64,000 nt of DNA from the human T2T-CHM13v2.0 reference genome, Homo sapiens, in the NCBI RefSeq assembly GCF_009914755.1, contig NC_060930.1; one strand, given 5' to 3'. Of this stretch, positions 26,368 to 41,483 are shown piece after piece. Positions within the stretch are counted from its first letter, which is position 1; every line of letters starts with the position of its first letter. The notes under the pieces were generated by a model, which was not told the DNA's origin, searched no databases, and saw only the letters and a list, made by a program, of their open reading frames with translations. A program made the position numbers and the translations under genes.

Positions 26368-27708
26368 GTATTATTAATTTTTATGTCAGATTATGTTACA
26401 GTGACTCAGATTTTATTTGGGCATCTTCCAGTTGCAAATTTGTTTTGCAATTGGAATATAATGCCCAACACTATAGACACTTTCCATATTTAAAATTATT
26501 TGACATTATTTTCTGAGACAGTCAAGATTTATGAATGATTTCTACTTTGTTTCATATATTCCGTCATTAATGATCTTTTTTGTTTGTTTGTTTCTTGTTG
26601 GTAGTTTAGGGTTAAAAACTCCACGATTTTTTTTTCTGTTAATTTTAACTCTGTTGATGAAGTATTATTTTAGTGATAAGCTATCATTTTGTGAAAGGCC
26701 AATCTAATACTTTATCAGGTCCAGTATTATTATGCAACCTAAAATATTCAAGTATCATGTGACCTACAGTTGCTTTTCATTTAAAAAATCTATTATTTTG
26801 TGTGTTTTGGTAAGAGACAAATAATAATTAGTACGTTTTGGTTGAGAGATTACCACATGGCAGAGAGAGTATCTGGCACCTTGCACACATTGCCTTGTTT
26901 AGGAGTCATGACTCACCTCTTAGGGGACTGTTAAGCCTTGTACAGCTTTAGAAACTGAGGCTAAGAGAGGCGAGGTTAAGTAACTTGTCCAAGATCTCAT
27001 AGAAAGTAAGTGATCATACTGTCTTATGCTCTCAATATTATGCTGTACGAACTTGGAAAGAGCACAGAACTCTCTGGCCAAAGTGTCTTCCTCTGGAAAT
27101 GAGAACTATGATATCACCACAGAGGACTGTCATGAGGATTAAATGCAATAGTGTTTGGAAAATGTGCATGCCTTGACTATTCATAGTAAACACTTAAAGT
27201 ATCTATTTCTTATGAAAGCAAGTTATCTTAGAACTTATTCTCTAAGCATATTGCTGAATTTTGCCAATGATTGATTAATGACTTGATCGATATTTATTGA
27301 GCTCTATGTTTAGCACTGAAGATACAAGTATGATTAGGAACTCAAAGACTAAGAAGAAGAAAATGATGAAAGAAAACATCATTAAAAAGATAAAGTGTCA
27401 CAGAGGCAGATATGATGCGCTGTGGAATTTAAGTGTCACAGAGGAAGCATGCCGAAGCTGAGTTTTAAAGCATTTATAGCAATTTTCTATAAATTTCTTC
27501 TAGGGAGGGCCTTCTAGGCAGAAGAAGTAAAACAGCAGAGGTGGGAGGCATAAATAGCATCGTCGTGTGAGAGATCTGCAAAGGATTGAAAGGAGAGGAG
27601 GGTTCAATGACCAGGGGAAGGATTGGAAAATGAGGTCCCATAAGATCTTATATGTCATGCTATTCAGTTTGCATGGAGGGTCTTAGCTTGAAATGATTTA
27701 TCTCCTAG

Positions 27709-28008
<300 letters not shown>

Positions 28009-28416
28009 TCTCTTATACCTTTTTAAGGAAAAACATGTACCTGCTGGGAGGGTTTTAACAATAAATGCAGAAATTCTTCTAAAGGTAGATATCTGTGGAG
28101 TGTGGTAATTACAGCTCCTAAAACTAATAAGGTGAAGCTAATACGTGTTTTTACTCATTTTTTGGAAGTGAAAAGAATAATGAATCTCTTCCCCAACAGC
28201 TTATATTTTGACTAAAACAATATTTGTCTTTGTAAATTAACGCTAAACTTCACCTTAGGTTGGTAGTCTATATTAAATTGGGACCATTTTGGGTAGATTG
28301 TATATATGTTGTTAACAAAGTAATTGAGAATTATCACACAGTTCAATTTGTTTTTGTATTGAGTGCCTGTAGTTAAGTATTTGCATAGTTCAGCAACCTG
28401 CAGAGTTATTTCTTCC

Positions 28417-28716
<300 letters not shown>

Positions 28717-30208
28717 TAGTGAGCAATTGTTTCTTCTGTTAGAACATGAATTTATAATTTGTTTTTACTCTTGGGGATAATATTTAAAATGTAGATTATA
28801 TTTAGCTAATTTGCAGATGAAAATATTGGGTGACTCAAATATATCTTATTGAAATCACTTTATAATGCTAGTTTTCTTCATAGTTCTGTTTTGAAAGTAC
28901 TAAATTAGTCATGATCTTGAAACATTGGACGTGAAATTTCAACTCTTTTTTAGAAACAAAGGCCTATAATAGTATTTTGGGTGTTTCCAAAGTTGTCATT
29001 TAAGTTAAATACTTTTCACTATGGAGGGTAGATTACTTGTTTTAGTCTTAGTAATTAGTGCTGTTGCTGTATTTATTTATTTTTAATCTTAAAGGAGCAT
29101 TCTTTCTTGATGGATACTTAAAAATTATGATTTTGTAGTGATTTTCATTTTTTTAAACATTATACATCAAATATTGACTGTTTATTAAATATAGAAGTAT
29201 TATCTAATATTTTATTACATGTATTGCACGATTATGTCAGAACTTTTGTGATTAAAAATGAAAACTCCTAGCTGCAAAAACATAAATTCTTATTAGGAAT
29301 GATACAATACAATTTATTTAAAAATTGCATTCAGTTTTTAAACCAGCAGTTAATTATAGCAGCTATAAAAATAAAGATACCACCAGGCTTTTAATAGCTT
29401 TCAAATCCTTTTAAAAAACACATAATCTTATTTGTCATATGAGTTCTAATCATATTCCTCTCTTCTGACAGATGGTTTATATTCTTATAAATGTTATTCT
29501 TATAACACTATAAAGATCTAATTGAGGCAGTTCCTTTTTTATATTCATTTGACTGTTTTCCTTGCATCATTTAAAATTTTTGCTTTGTTTTTTTCTATAT
29601 CTCTTTTTGTAACAGTGCTCTATTCAAATATAATAGTTATTTTAATAAACAAGCCAAATTCACATGTTTCTTGTCTTCCCTAATACTTGTAAGATTCTCC
29701 CATTCTTGATACCTTGCTTTGTTCTTATTCTTTCTGTTCTATGAATAAAGCAGAGTAATAGTTACCACCTAATGTGATAACATGTCATATAATGATTCCT
29801 TTCAATATTCGTGAAACACTCAAAGAGAATTATGCTTTTTCCCTATTATTTTAGATAAAGACATTTTTCATGTTTTAAAAAATTTCCATTATGTTGCGGA
29901 GTGGTATCTAACTGTAAAAAAGGCTTTTGTATTCAATTTCTACATAACTTTTTATGATGAGGGAAGATAATATTCTTTAGTTTCAATGTTTTTGAATTTA
30001 ACTAAGGAAAAAAGCTTCTTGGTCTATTATTAAGCAATCTTTATATTGTAGAATATATACATTGTTTCACTTAAAATATATATTAAAATAATTATTAGAA
30101 ATTATTTATTTTGGGAAATATTTAGTCAGGATATTCAAAGCAAATATGTAAGGTTCTGCTTAATTGGACAGTTTTTCCTCAATATTTTTAAATAATATAT
30201 TCTTTTAG

Positions 30209-30344
30209 GCTAAAAGGAGAAAGTAAGCAGGTGATGAAGTACAGGCATCAGCTAGATGAGATTATCTGTTGGTTAACAAAGGCTGAGCATGCTATGCAAA
30301 AGAGATCAACCACCGAATTGGGAGAAAACCTGCAAGAATTAAGA
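30209..30344 (+). CDS. UTRN: UTRN coding exon, 136 nt, phase 2-0 (DMD exon 46 equivalent)
   Basis: tcttttag|GCTAAA...TTAAGA|gtaagt; [45 protein letters not shown]. Confidence 0.96.
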
Positions 30345-31014
30345 GTAAGTTGTTTATTTCTGTCTATATGCCTTTTGGTGCCCGAACATTATACTTCAGA
30401 GTCACATACTGCGTGTCTCAAGAAGAAAAGGGAAAAGAAACTTTGTACTTTTTGGTAAATGTGGTGAACCTGAAAGAGGAATATCTTTTATTTTTTAAAG
30501 AGCAGTTATAATTTTGGTCTTGCAGAGCTTAAACTTCACTTATGTAAAAAGAACAAACTATTATGGTGTCAGTATTAGACCAAAGGTTTTTAGGATATTG
30601 TAAACTGACCTTATCATTTTAAAATACAATAGGGCTATGAAATATCGTTTTTTGTTTTTAGATTTGGAAGAAAATTACTGATTATTGTCTATAAAGCTGC
30701 AAAACTCAACTTTATAGATAATCAGTAATTATCAGAGTGACTTGCTGAGGAACAAAATGCAGCTTGCAATAGGTTTAGTGTCATGGTTGTATTAATCAGA
30801 TTTTCTTTGTTGGTTTGCAACTAACAAGTATTGTTTATAGTTGTATATGTATATAATCTATAAAAATTCATACATATATAGATGTATAAATATATCCAAA
30901 TATCCATAAATTTTGTATTCATAAATATTTATTTTTTGTGTTAAGAATTAAAATACTTGTTGCAGAACACTCAGCATAATGTGCTCACATTTTTTTTTAA
31001 AAAAAGAAATTGTG

Positions 31015-31371
<357 letters not shown>

Positions 31372-31921
31372 TTACTAATTCAGAGATTTTGTCTATAAAG
31401 GAGTATGATTGAAGCATTTTGAGAAAGAAACATTGAATAATGATGAAAAATATTTTGTGGAACATATATTAAGTTTTCTTTTTAAAATGTGACAATATCT
31501 AACAAGCTTCCTTTTTTACCTAAAAATTTCAGTGGTTTTTTTGGGAATGTCTCTTTTGTAAACAATTTGAGGAGAGTTAGAAAAGGTGGAACAGTATATT
31601 AGGATGGAGTAGCAAGGAGGAGATAAGAACAGAATGTTAAATTAGCAGTGTAAAAATAATATATGACCCGGTTAAGAGACAGTGAGTACCAGAGAGCCCG
31701 TTTGTGCACAGGAGTGCAAAAATACACACAGAAGGCATGTGCTCACTCCCTTCCTAGTTATCATTTGTTAGCATGAGCTTAAGCTTCTTATAAGTTTATT
31801 TTTTCACTTAACAAATTAGAAAGTTACATTTGTAATAATACCAAAAAGGTTTCTAATACAGTTCTTGAATTTTCCCTTATCTGACTACCTTCTAACCACA
31901 CCTATCTTTTAACTTCTCCAG

Positions 31922-32071
31922 GACTTAACTCAAGAAATGGAAGTACATGCTGAAAAACTCAAATGGCTGAATAGAACTGAATTGGAGATGCTTTCAGATA
32001 AAAGTCTGAGTTTACCTGAAAGGGATAAAATTTCAGAAAGCTTAAGGACTGTAAATATGACATGGAATAAG
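31922..32071 (+). CDS. UTRN: UTRN coding exon, 150 nt, phase 0-0 (DMD exon 47 equivalent)
   Basis: ttctccag|GACTTA...AATAAG|gtgtgt; [50 protein letters not shown]. Confidence 0.96.
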
Positions 32072-32387
32072 GTGTGTGTAAAGTTACTATCACACATTTC
32101 TCATATTTATTGATTTTGTTGTCAGAGATGTGGGATCATGTAACTGCTTTACTTTCAAGTATGTCCAAATGGGGCAAATTTTACTAAAGCTTACTAATGT
32201 TTATATTTTTTATCTGTCATAGACAGAGGCATATATTCTAGAAGAATACTTTTTATTTTATACAGAACTCTTTGGCCTAGGGGATTTATACATTATATAC
32301 TACATTAAATAATGAATATATGTTGGAATTAGTAAGAAAATTCCAGTGATGATATTCTGAAAATGAAGACCTTAAAATAGCATTCTG

Positions 32388-32811
<424 letters not shown>

Positions 32812-33109
32812 CTACAAATACAACTAATATCTTTCCCTCCTACCATTATTTTTTTTTTGCCATTGAAACGGTTAAAAGTAGATAAAGTCATAGATATCTT
32901 TTTTGTTTGACCTGGTACACACCATTTCAGAGTATGACGTCTGTATAGGACATTGAATGGATATGTCTCTGTCCTTGGTTTGGATGGACTCCATATCAGT
33001 CATTTTCTCTCTCATCCTCTTTAAATGGTAGCCATTATCCTATAGCTAATGATGCAGGTGCTTTATTGATCTGGTCTCTCTGATTGGGAATCACTGCCTG
33101 TTGAGTCAC

Positions 33110-33925
33110 TGTGATTCACACATGTGTATCTCTGGTCTGGACCTTTCTCCATACTCTAAACTTGTGTATGCAACTACCTGCTCAACATCTCTCCTTAAAT
33201 GTCTAATAGGCACCTCAAACTAACATACACAATCGAGCTTTTGATATCCCTCTCCCTTCTGTGCCTTAATATACATCTCCCACCTTAGTCAATGGAAGTT
33301 TCATCTTATTATTACTTAAGTCAGAAATATTGGAGTCAATCCTATGGTATATGAATTCTATCACAAAAAGAAACAAAGAAAACCCCCAAACCAAAAACTA
33401 TACCTCAGTCACCATTAGCAGCTTTTCCTTCAAAATACATATCTACTGGATGGATGGTTTATTGGATAGCCAGATGGCTATGTGTGATAAGGCAAATGTA
33501 GCAGAAGTTTGACAGTTGTAGATGTCAGAGGGCACATAGATATTTCCTCTACAATTCTTTCGACTTTTCTTAGGTCAAAAAATATCATACATTTGACTGC
33601 TTCTTACAACCCCCATTGCCACTAACTTGTTTCAAGCCTGCCATCATCTCTTGTCTTGATGACTACAAAGGCTGCCCCACTCATCTCCCCTGCTTCTTCC
33701 TTTGCCCTTTGTTATTCTGTTCTAGACAAAGCAGCCAATATGATTGGTTAAAACATAATTCAGATCAAGTGACTTATCTGAGCAAAGTCCACCAATGGTT
33801 TTCTATCTTGCTCAGGGTGAAAGCCAAAATGCTTTTTTGGCTTATGAGGCTTCTCATGGCCTGGCGTCCTGTGATCTCTCCTACAATATCCACTGCTCTC
33901 TCTCCCCTACACTCCTTTCCAGACA
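33110..33925 (+). mobile_element. L2 fragments (approximate; with a small L1M-like insert)
   Basis: atgtctaataggcacctcaaact; ccatcatctcttgtcttga; L2 3'-half motifs. Confidence 0.7.
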
Positions 33926-34204
33926 TGTTAGGTCCTGTGTCACTTGCCAGAAAGGTTGTCCATATTCAGTCGGAGCACACATATTTATTTAACACAAAGG
34001 GTATCAGTGGGTATTCTGCAGAAAAGGGCACAGTTGTTAATTTGGGTGCACTATGTCAGACAAAGCTAGAGCTTTGGTTATTGCAGAATTTCATGTAAAT
34101 TTTAATATAATTCACTTTGGTGAATTATGAATGTCTAAGACCAACAATGCTCATTGTGCAGAAAATCTCAACAAACATAATTTGGGAAATTCTAACATGG
34201 TATA

Positions 34205-35330
34205 TTTCATTCATTCATACAGTCATTCATTCACTCAATAGGTTTTTATTGGAGTCTCACTTTCTGCCAGGTATCATTTTAAGAGATAGGAATGCATTAA
34301 AGAGTGTGGCATTCCTTCTAACTCAAAGAGCTTATCATGGATGAGACCAGCAGACAACCAATTATAACATCCAGGTAGTGATGGGTACATAAAGGTGGAG
34401 CACCTGCTTGGCTTTGAGGGGTAGCTGTGGAAGGTTTTGTTGAAAAGATCACATTCTGGTTAATTTACGAAGGATGAATAAGTATTGGTCAGGTGAAGAA
34501 TGAGGGAAAGTGCAGTGTAGAGAGAAGTGGCAAATGAAAGTGTCTAGAAGAGACAGAGAATGAGCACAGTGTATATAGGTCCAGGAAGTAGCCCACTGTA
34601 GAATGGAAGGCTGAGGGATGTTCTCAGAGATGAGATCCTGGAGGACTCACTGTGCATCACAAGGAATTTGAGCTCCATGTTGCAAACAATCTACCACTTT
34701 GAGGGTAGTGGGCAGCTATTGATGGGTTTTAAGCAGAGGAAAGTCATGTTTTTGAAATATTGCTATAGCTTCACTACGGAGATAGATGAAGTGATCCTAA
34801 GAATTGATATAGAAAGATGAGTTAGAATCTTCAGAAGAGTTTATGAAACGGGTGTCAGGGAAGATAGGGATAAGGAATTCAGATGTGGACATATCTGAAT
34901 ATCTAGTTCACAGAGAGGGCTGGACTGAAGATATGTTTTGGGCAGTCTTTAGCCTCTCAAAACTCCATTTGATTCCTGAAATCTTTGGAAACCAGGACTC
35001 AGGGAGAGCCCAGGGTGAAGGGCAAGAAGAGCAACACAGCTGCCCTGAAGGATATTGGTATTTGATGGATGGGCAGAGGAAAAGGAGTTGGTGAAGGAAA
35101 TTCAGGAGAGCCAGCCAGAGAGGTAGGAGGAAAGCCAGAATTGCAGAGTAATAACAGAATTCAAGGGAGGGGGAGTGGACGGCATTAACTGGTGCACAGG
35201 GGTCAGGACAGCTAAGGACTGGTTGGTGTTTTTGATAGCAATGTCAGTGGAGTTAGGGGCTCAAACAAGATTGCAATGGAGAGTGAAGGTAGAGCCAGAA
35301 GTTTAGGTCGTTAGGGGAAGAAAAGTAGCA
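34205..35330 (-). mobile_element. L2 fragments (approximate)
   Basis: cattcattca terminal repeat followed by GA-rich antisense L2. Confidence 0.65.
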
Positions 35331-35423
35331 GAGCTGCCATTCAGAATAACACCTCTTCTTTTGAACTACAGTCATCTTTATTTACGTAGTATTCTTCTCT
35401 TTCTGTTTGTCCTGATGCGGTAG

Positions 35424-35499
35424 ATTTGCAGAGAGGTGCCTACCACCCTGAAGGAATGCATCCAGGAGCCCAGTTCTGTTTCACAGACAAGGATTGCTG
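35424..35499 (+). CDS. UTRN: UTRN coding exon, 76 nt, phase 0-1 (hinge 3 region; in place of DMD exons 48-50)
   Basis: gcggtag|ATTTGC...GCTG|gtaaga; [25 protein letters not shown](A); supplies the phase needed between the flanking exons. Confidence 0.92.
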
Positions 35500-36204
35500 G
35501 TAAGATATGTTTATCTTTAACAAAGTTTTTTAAAAAATCAGTATGTAAAATTTTGTGATATGAGCCTCATACATGAATTAGAAAGACTTAGAAACGTCGT
35601 GCCATTTTCTTTATTTAATCTACTTTCAATGATTTGGAAAGAACATCTTCTTTAAACCCAAGACACATTTGGCTGCCCAGTGTGGGTAAGGCATTTGTTC
35701 TCGCGGCAGATAAGGCTGGCCTTTCTCTGGACTCCAGTGCTACCTGGGCATCCACAGGTCCTGCCGAAGGGAAGATGAGAGGCTAGGTGCAAAAACTGGG
35801 GACTAGTTTTCTGGGTCCAGGCAGCTTTTCAGGAAATCAGCTATAACTTGTTGTGTTAACATGAGCTTGGTTAACATATGTAATTAGACCCTGATCATGA
35901 CTGAGAACAAAAGGCTTAGATATCCTGGGAAGCAGGTGGGGGATGGATATTTAGAAGCATTCTCCAACCTAGGAGACAAATACTTCTCACTTGGATGTGG
36001 AGAAAGAAGAATGTTTTCTCACTATTTCCTTCTCTCTTTATCCAGATTAGATCGCAGGCTCCTGCCCCATAGCCACTGTTGCCACTGCCTTGCAAGTTTT
36101 CTGAACCATCATGCCCTGCTCTTCCTCTGTTGAGTCACCTGGCAAAACCGCAAATGTGACCAACTCTAACTGTCCACTCACTCCCTGACAGCTGCTTCTG
36201 CTGA

Positions 36205-36410
36205 TTCTTTTTATTGCTCCTCCCCGCTTTTTTCTTCTCCCTTGTCCTTCTCCTCCTCCTTGACTTCCATGTCCACCTTCTACTTTCTACCTCTTCTCTC
36301 GTCCTCCACCTCTACCTCTTCTACCTCTTTTTTTTGGGAGGGTTCTTTTTATTTCTCTTATTCCTCTTATTTTTCTTTTCTTTTCCTTCTCTTCCTCCTC
36401 CTCCCCTCAA
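36205..36410. repeat. CT-rich polypyrimidine low-complexity tract
   Basis: Read directly. Confidence 0.85.
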
Positions 36411-36884
36411 GTTTTGAAAAAAGTGATGACAGACAATATTTTTTTTTTCATTTTTCGAGATTGCAAGCTAATTGAGGACCAAGTTTGTGTTTTTTATTAC
36501 TTGTATTTCTGGAAATTTGCACAAAAAGTACCTGGGGCCTGATCAAGTTTCTTGATTAATATTCAGAACACTTGAGTTGACATTTGGGTACTGCTGCTTT
36601 GCAAATACAGGCTCAACTCCATAATCATAGGGAAAGAATTTGATGCATTTTATAAAATCGTCATGGGTTATCTTACTTTTTAAAACCTCTATATGGTAAA
36701 GGAGCAGGGAAAATTTGAATACATATTTAGAAGTATAAAAAGCTAACAGCAAAGCTACAACTTCCATTAGGTGGATGGCTCATTTTTAACAGGATATTCG
36801 TCCTTGGGATAGGCCTGAGACCTGAAGCTAATCTTAGTATGTCTCTCTCCTCCTACGCAGTGTTTTAATTCAGTTCCTTCTTTT

Positions 36885-37180
36885 TAACATTTTATTTAGA
36901 AAATAAAATTAACCATTTTAAAGTGAACAATTTGGTGACATTTAATGCATTCACAATGTTGTACAACCACTATTTCTATCTAGTTCCAAAATATTTCTAT
37001 CACTCCAAACTAAAACCTCTTACTCATTAAGCAGTTTCTTCCCATTCCCTCCTACTCCCAGCCCCTGGCAACCACCGATCTGCATTCTGTTTCCATGGAT
37101 TTCTCTATTCTGGATATTTCATATAAATGGAGTCATACGATGCTTCTTTTACTTAGCATAATGTTTTTGAGGTTCATCCT
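36885..37180 (-). mobile_element. L1M 3' UTR fragment
   Basis: ccattttaaagtgaacaat...cagcccctggcaaccaccgatctg...catataaatggagtcatac. Confidence 0.8.
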
Positions 37181-37399
37181 TGCCAACACCTTGCCGACTG
37201 TACTCATTTCAGAGCTATGACTATTCATTTCAAATAAGCACTCAGCGCTAAGAGACAGTCCTACCGTACTTTCTTCTGAGTACTCCTTGGTACTCATTTC
37301 TCAACTAGTGACCTCATCTCATTTTCAAAAGAAAAAAAAAACCTTTTTCGTTTTCCCACCAGAGAATCCATCAAGCTACCTGCGGCTGTACCCATATAC

Positions 37400-38726
<1,327 letters not shown>

Positions 38727-38939
38727 TTATCTACAAAAAAAGTTAAAGTGAAGATGGGGCAGAAGGATGTGTGAGATATTCTGTAGGGTGTATATCTAGT
38801 GATGGAATCACTGGGTTTAGCATATGGGTGCCTTCTACTTCACTAGCTGCCATTAGGGTGCTGTCTGGATTACTTGGCCCAGTTTACACTGACACTGGCT
38901 GTGTGTAATGGGTTCTTATTGTTCTACAGCATTACCAGC

Positions 38940-39690
38940 ACCTCAACACTTTGCTCTCAGGACCCCTTTACACTTGTAAAAATTATTGAGGACCCTCAAA
39001 TAGCTTTTGCTTTTGTGAGTGATAGTTATCCGTATTTACCTAACTAGAAAAATTTTCCATTAATTCATTTATTAAGTTGTTTAAAAATAATAATAAAGCC
39101 ATTATATGTTAACAAAAATAGCATGTTTTTGTAACATTAGCATAAGATGCTGGGCACAGTGGATCATGTCTATAATCCCAGCAGTTTGGGAGGCTGAGGC
39201 AGGAGGATCACTTGAGCCCAGGAGTTTGAGACCAGCCTGGGTAACATAGGGAGACCCTGTCTCTACAAAAAATTAAAAATAAAAAAAATTAGCCAGGCTT
39301 GGTGATGCAGGCCTGTAGTTCCAACTAATCAGGAGGCAGTGGTGGGAGGATCACTTGAACTCAGGAGGTTGAGGCTGCAATGAGCTGTGTTCGTGCCTCT
39401 GCTTCCCAGCCTGGGTGACAGAGTGAGCCCCTATCTCAAAGAAAAAACAAACAAACAAACAAACAAACAAACAACTCTGTTTTCTAAAACAAACAAAATC
39501 CTGGAAAAGCTGCAGTTTTATATTTTTTGAAATCTCTTAAATGTCTAGTTTAATAGAACACAGCTGTATTCTTATTTCTGCTTCTGCATTTGGTCTCTTG
39601 TGATGTCACGTTATGTAGACTTAGATAAAACACACTGTACACGTGGGAGAGACTGAGCCTAAAAAGGCAAATAATGTGCTGATGATAATA
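38940..39690. mobile_element. hAT-Charlie-type DNA transposon, split by an Alu
   Basis: ctcaggacccctttacac...aaaattattgaggacc; resumes after the Alu with tttttgaaatctcttaaatgtct. Confidence 0.6.
39147..39472 (+). mobile_element. Alu (J-like) with (CAAA)n tail
   Basis: ggaggatcacttgagcccaggag J diagnostic. Confidence 0.94.
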
Positions 39691-41268
39691 GTGTAGGCAT
39701 CTTAACCTAGAGCTTCTCAGATGTCACTTTTCTGATGGTGGTCCTGTGGATGTAGGGTATTTCATTTTAATTTGTACTATCTCAGTTATAGAAGAGGTCA
39801 GACATTTATTTCACATTTTTATGTTTATTGCCTTTTTTATTTCCTCTTTTGTGGATTGTCTTTAGATGATTTTTTAAGTTTTAGAAAAAGTATTTTGGCT
39901 ATCAGTTCTTTGTCTGCAATGGGCATTGCAAATACCATCTCCTTTCATCTTTCAAAGGCTTTTAAAATCTTTACTTATGGTGCTCTTTGGAATTCTTAAC
40001 CATTAATGGTTTATTAATAGCTTCCCTTTTTTGTGTTTTGTTTGAGAGCTACTTCAGTCCTCTGAAGTAATAAAAGTATTCCTTATTTTTAACTAACAAT
40101 TTTGTTTTTCATATTTAGGTCCTTAATCCACTAAGAATTAATTTTTCTATGGTGTATGTGAGGTTAAAATCAGTCCCATCATTTCCCTGCTGCAGCCGTG
40201 GTGACTCACTTAATTGAACAGTAAATTCTTCTTCATTGATCTGTAATTCAGTCTCTGCCAAGGTCAGATTTCTCTGCCACCTACACATTGTGACTCTTCT
40301 CTTCTGTTGGTCTCTTTAAATGTCTCAGTCTATAATATACTGAGTTAATAATTATTAGCTAAATAATATAACTTAATATCTGGGAGGGCATATTCCTCTA
40401 TCAAAAAATAATTTGACTGTTTTTTGTCCTTTTCTCTTCAATATTAATTTTATAACCAGAAATTTGAATTAATGATTTTGTTACATTCAAGCCTGTTGGG
40501 ATTTTTATTAGGATTGTGCTGAATTTACAGATTGGCTATACATTTTAGAAAATTATTTAAGCCTCATCTAATATATCATACCTGAAGTAGGTTACAGATA
40601 GTTTTAATTACTAATTCAACTACTTATTGTATCAAAACCAATCAATTTGGCAATGAATATTAAATACATACTTTTTTTTGTATTTTCTGACTCAGTAATT
40701 CTACTTGGGAAATCTATGCTAAGATAGAGATCAGAAATGTGCAAAATACTCTACATGAAAAGATATTCTTTGCAAGTTTTTTAAAAAATTAAAATAAAAT
40801 TTCAGGAGCAATCTAAATATCCAAGGGTTAAATAAAAGTGAATATGGGTATAGGTTATTACATAGGTATTCATAATTGTGTTTACTAAGAATAAAATATG
40901 CTCACATTATAAAGTTAAATGAAAAAAATAAAAAATTATGAATAAGTTGGCTTTATAATTAAAATCATCTTGCCAAAATAAAATAATACTTCCAGTTCTC
41001 CCACATTTGTACTTTTAATTTTTCTCAGTGTCAGTGCTGATTATGTTATAGAATGTTGCAAAACTGTTTTGTTGGCTTGATAGCTACCAAAGACATATGG
41101 ATATTACAGGTAATACCATAGCCATTTCAGTATGAAAAAATAACCTCTTAGAATTTTTTTTACTTAAACTAAATTTTATTTAAATACACATACACGTGTC
41201 ACCATGACACCACCATAATTAAAACATCCTGTTGATTAATTTCTCTTTTGCTACATTTTTCATTTCAG

Positions 41269-41483
41269 CTCATCCTAATGTCCAAAAGGTGGTGCTAGTA
41301 TCATCTGCGTCAGATATTCCTGTTCAGTCTCATCGTACTTCGGAAATTTCAATTCCTGCTGATCTTGATAAAACTATAACAGAACTAGCCGACTGGCTGG
41401 TATTAATCGACCAGATGCTGAAGTCCAACATTGTCACTGTTGGGGATGTAGAAGAGATCAATAAGACCGTTTCCCGAATGAAA
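41269..41483 (+). CDS. UTRN: UTRN coding exon, 215 nt, phase 1-0 (DMD exon 51 equivalent)
   Basis: catttcag|CTCATC...ATGAAA|gtaggt; [71 protein letters not shown]. Confidence 0.96.

Noticed and set aside
26426-26456. 13-bp stem hairpin ttccagttgcaaa/tttgcaattggaa
   Set aside because: Too short to distinguish from chance in 64 kb of AT-rich DNA.
33616-34098. 160-aa ORF
   Set aside because: Mostly decayed L2; TTG start, no splice or homology support.
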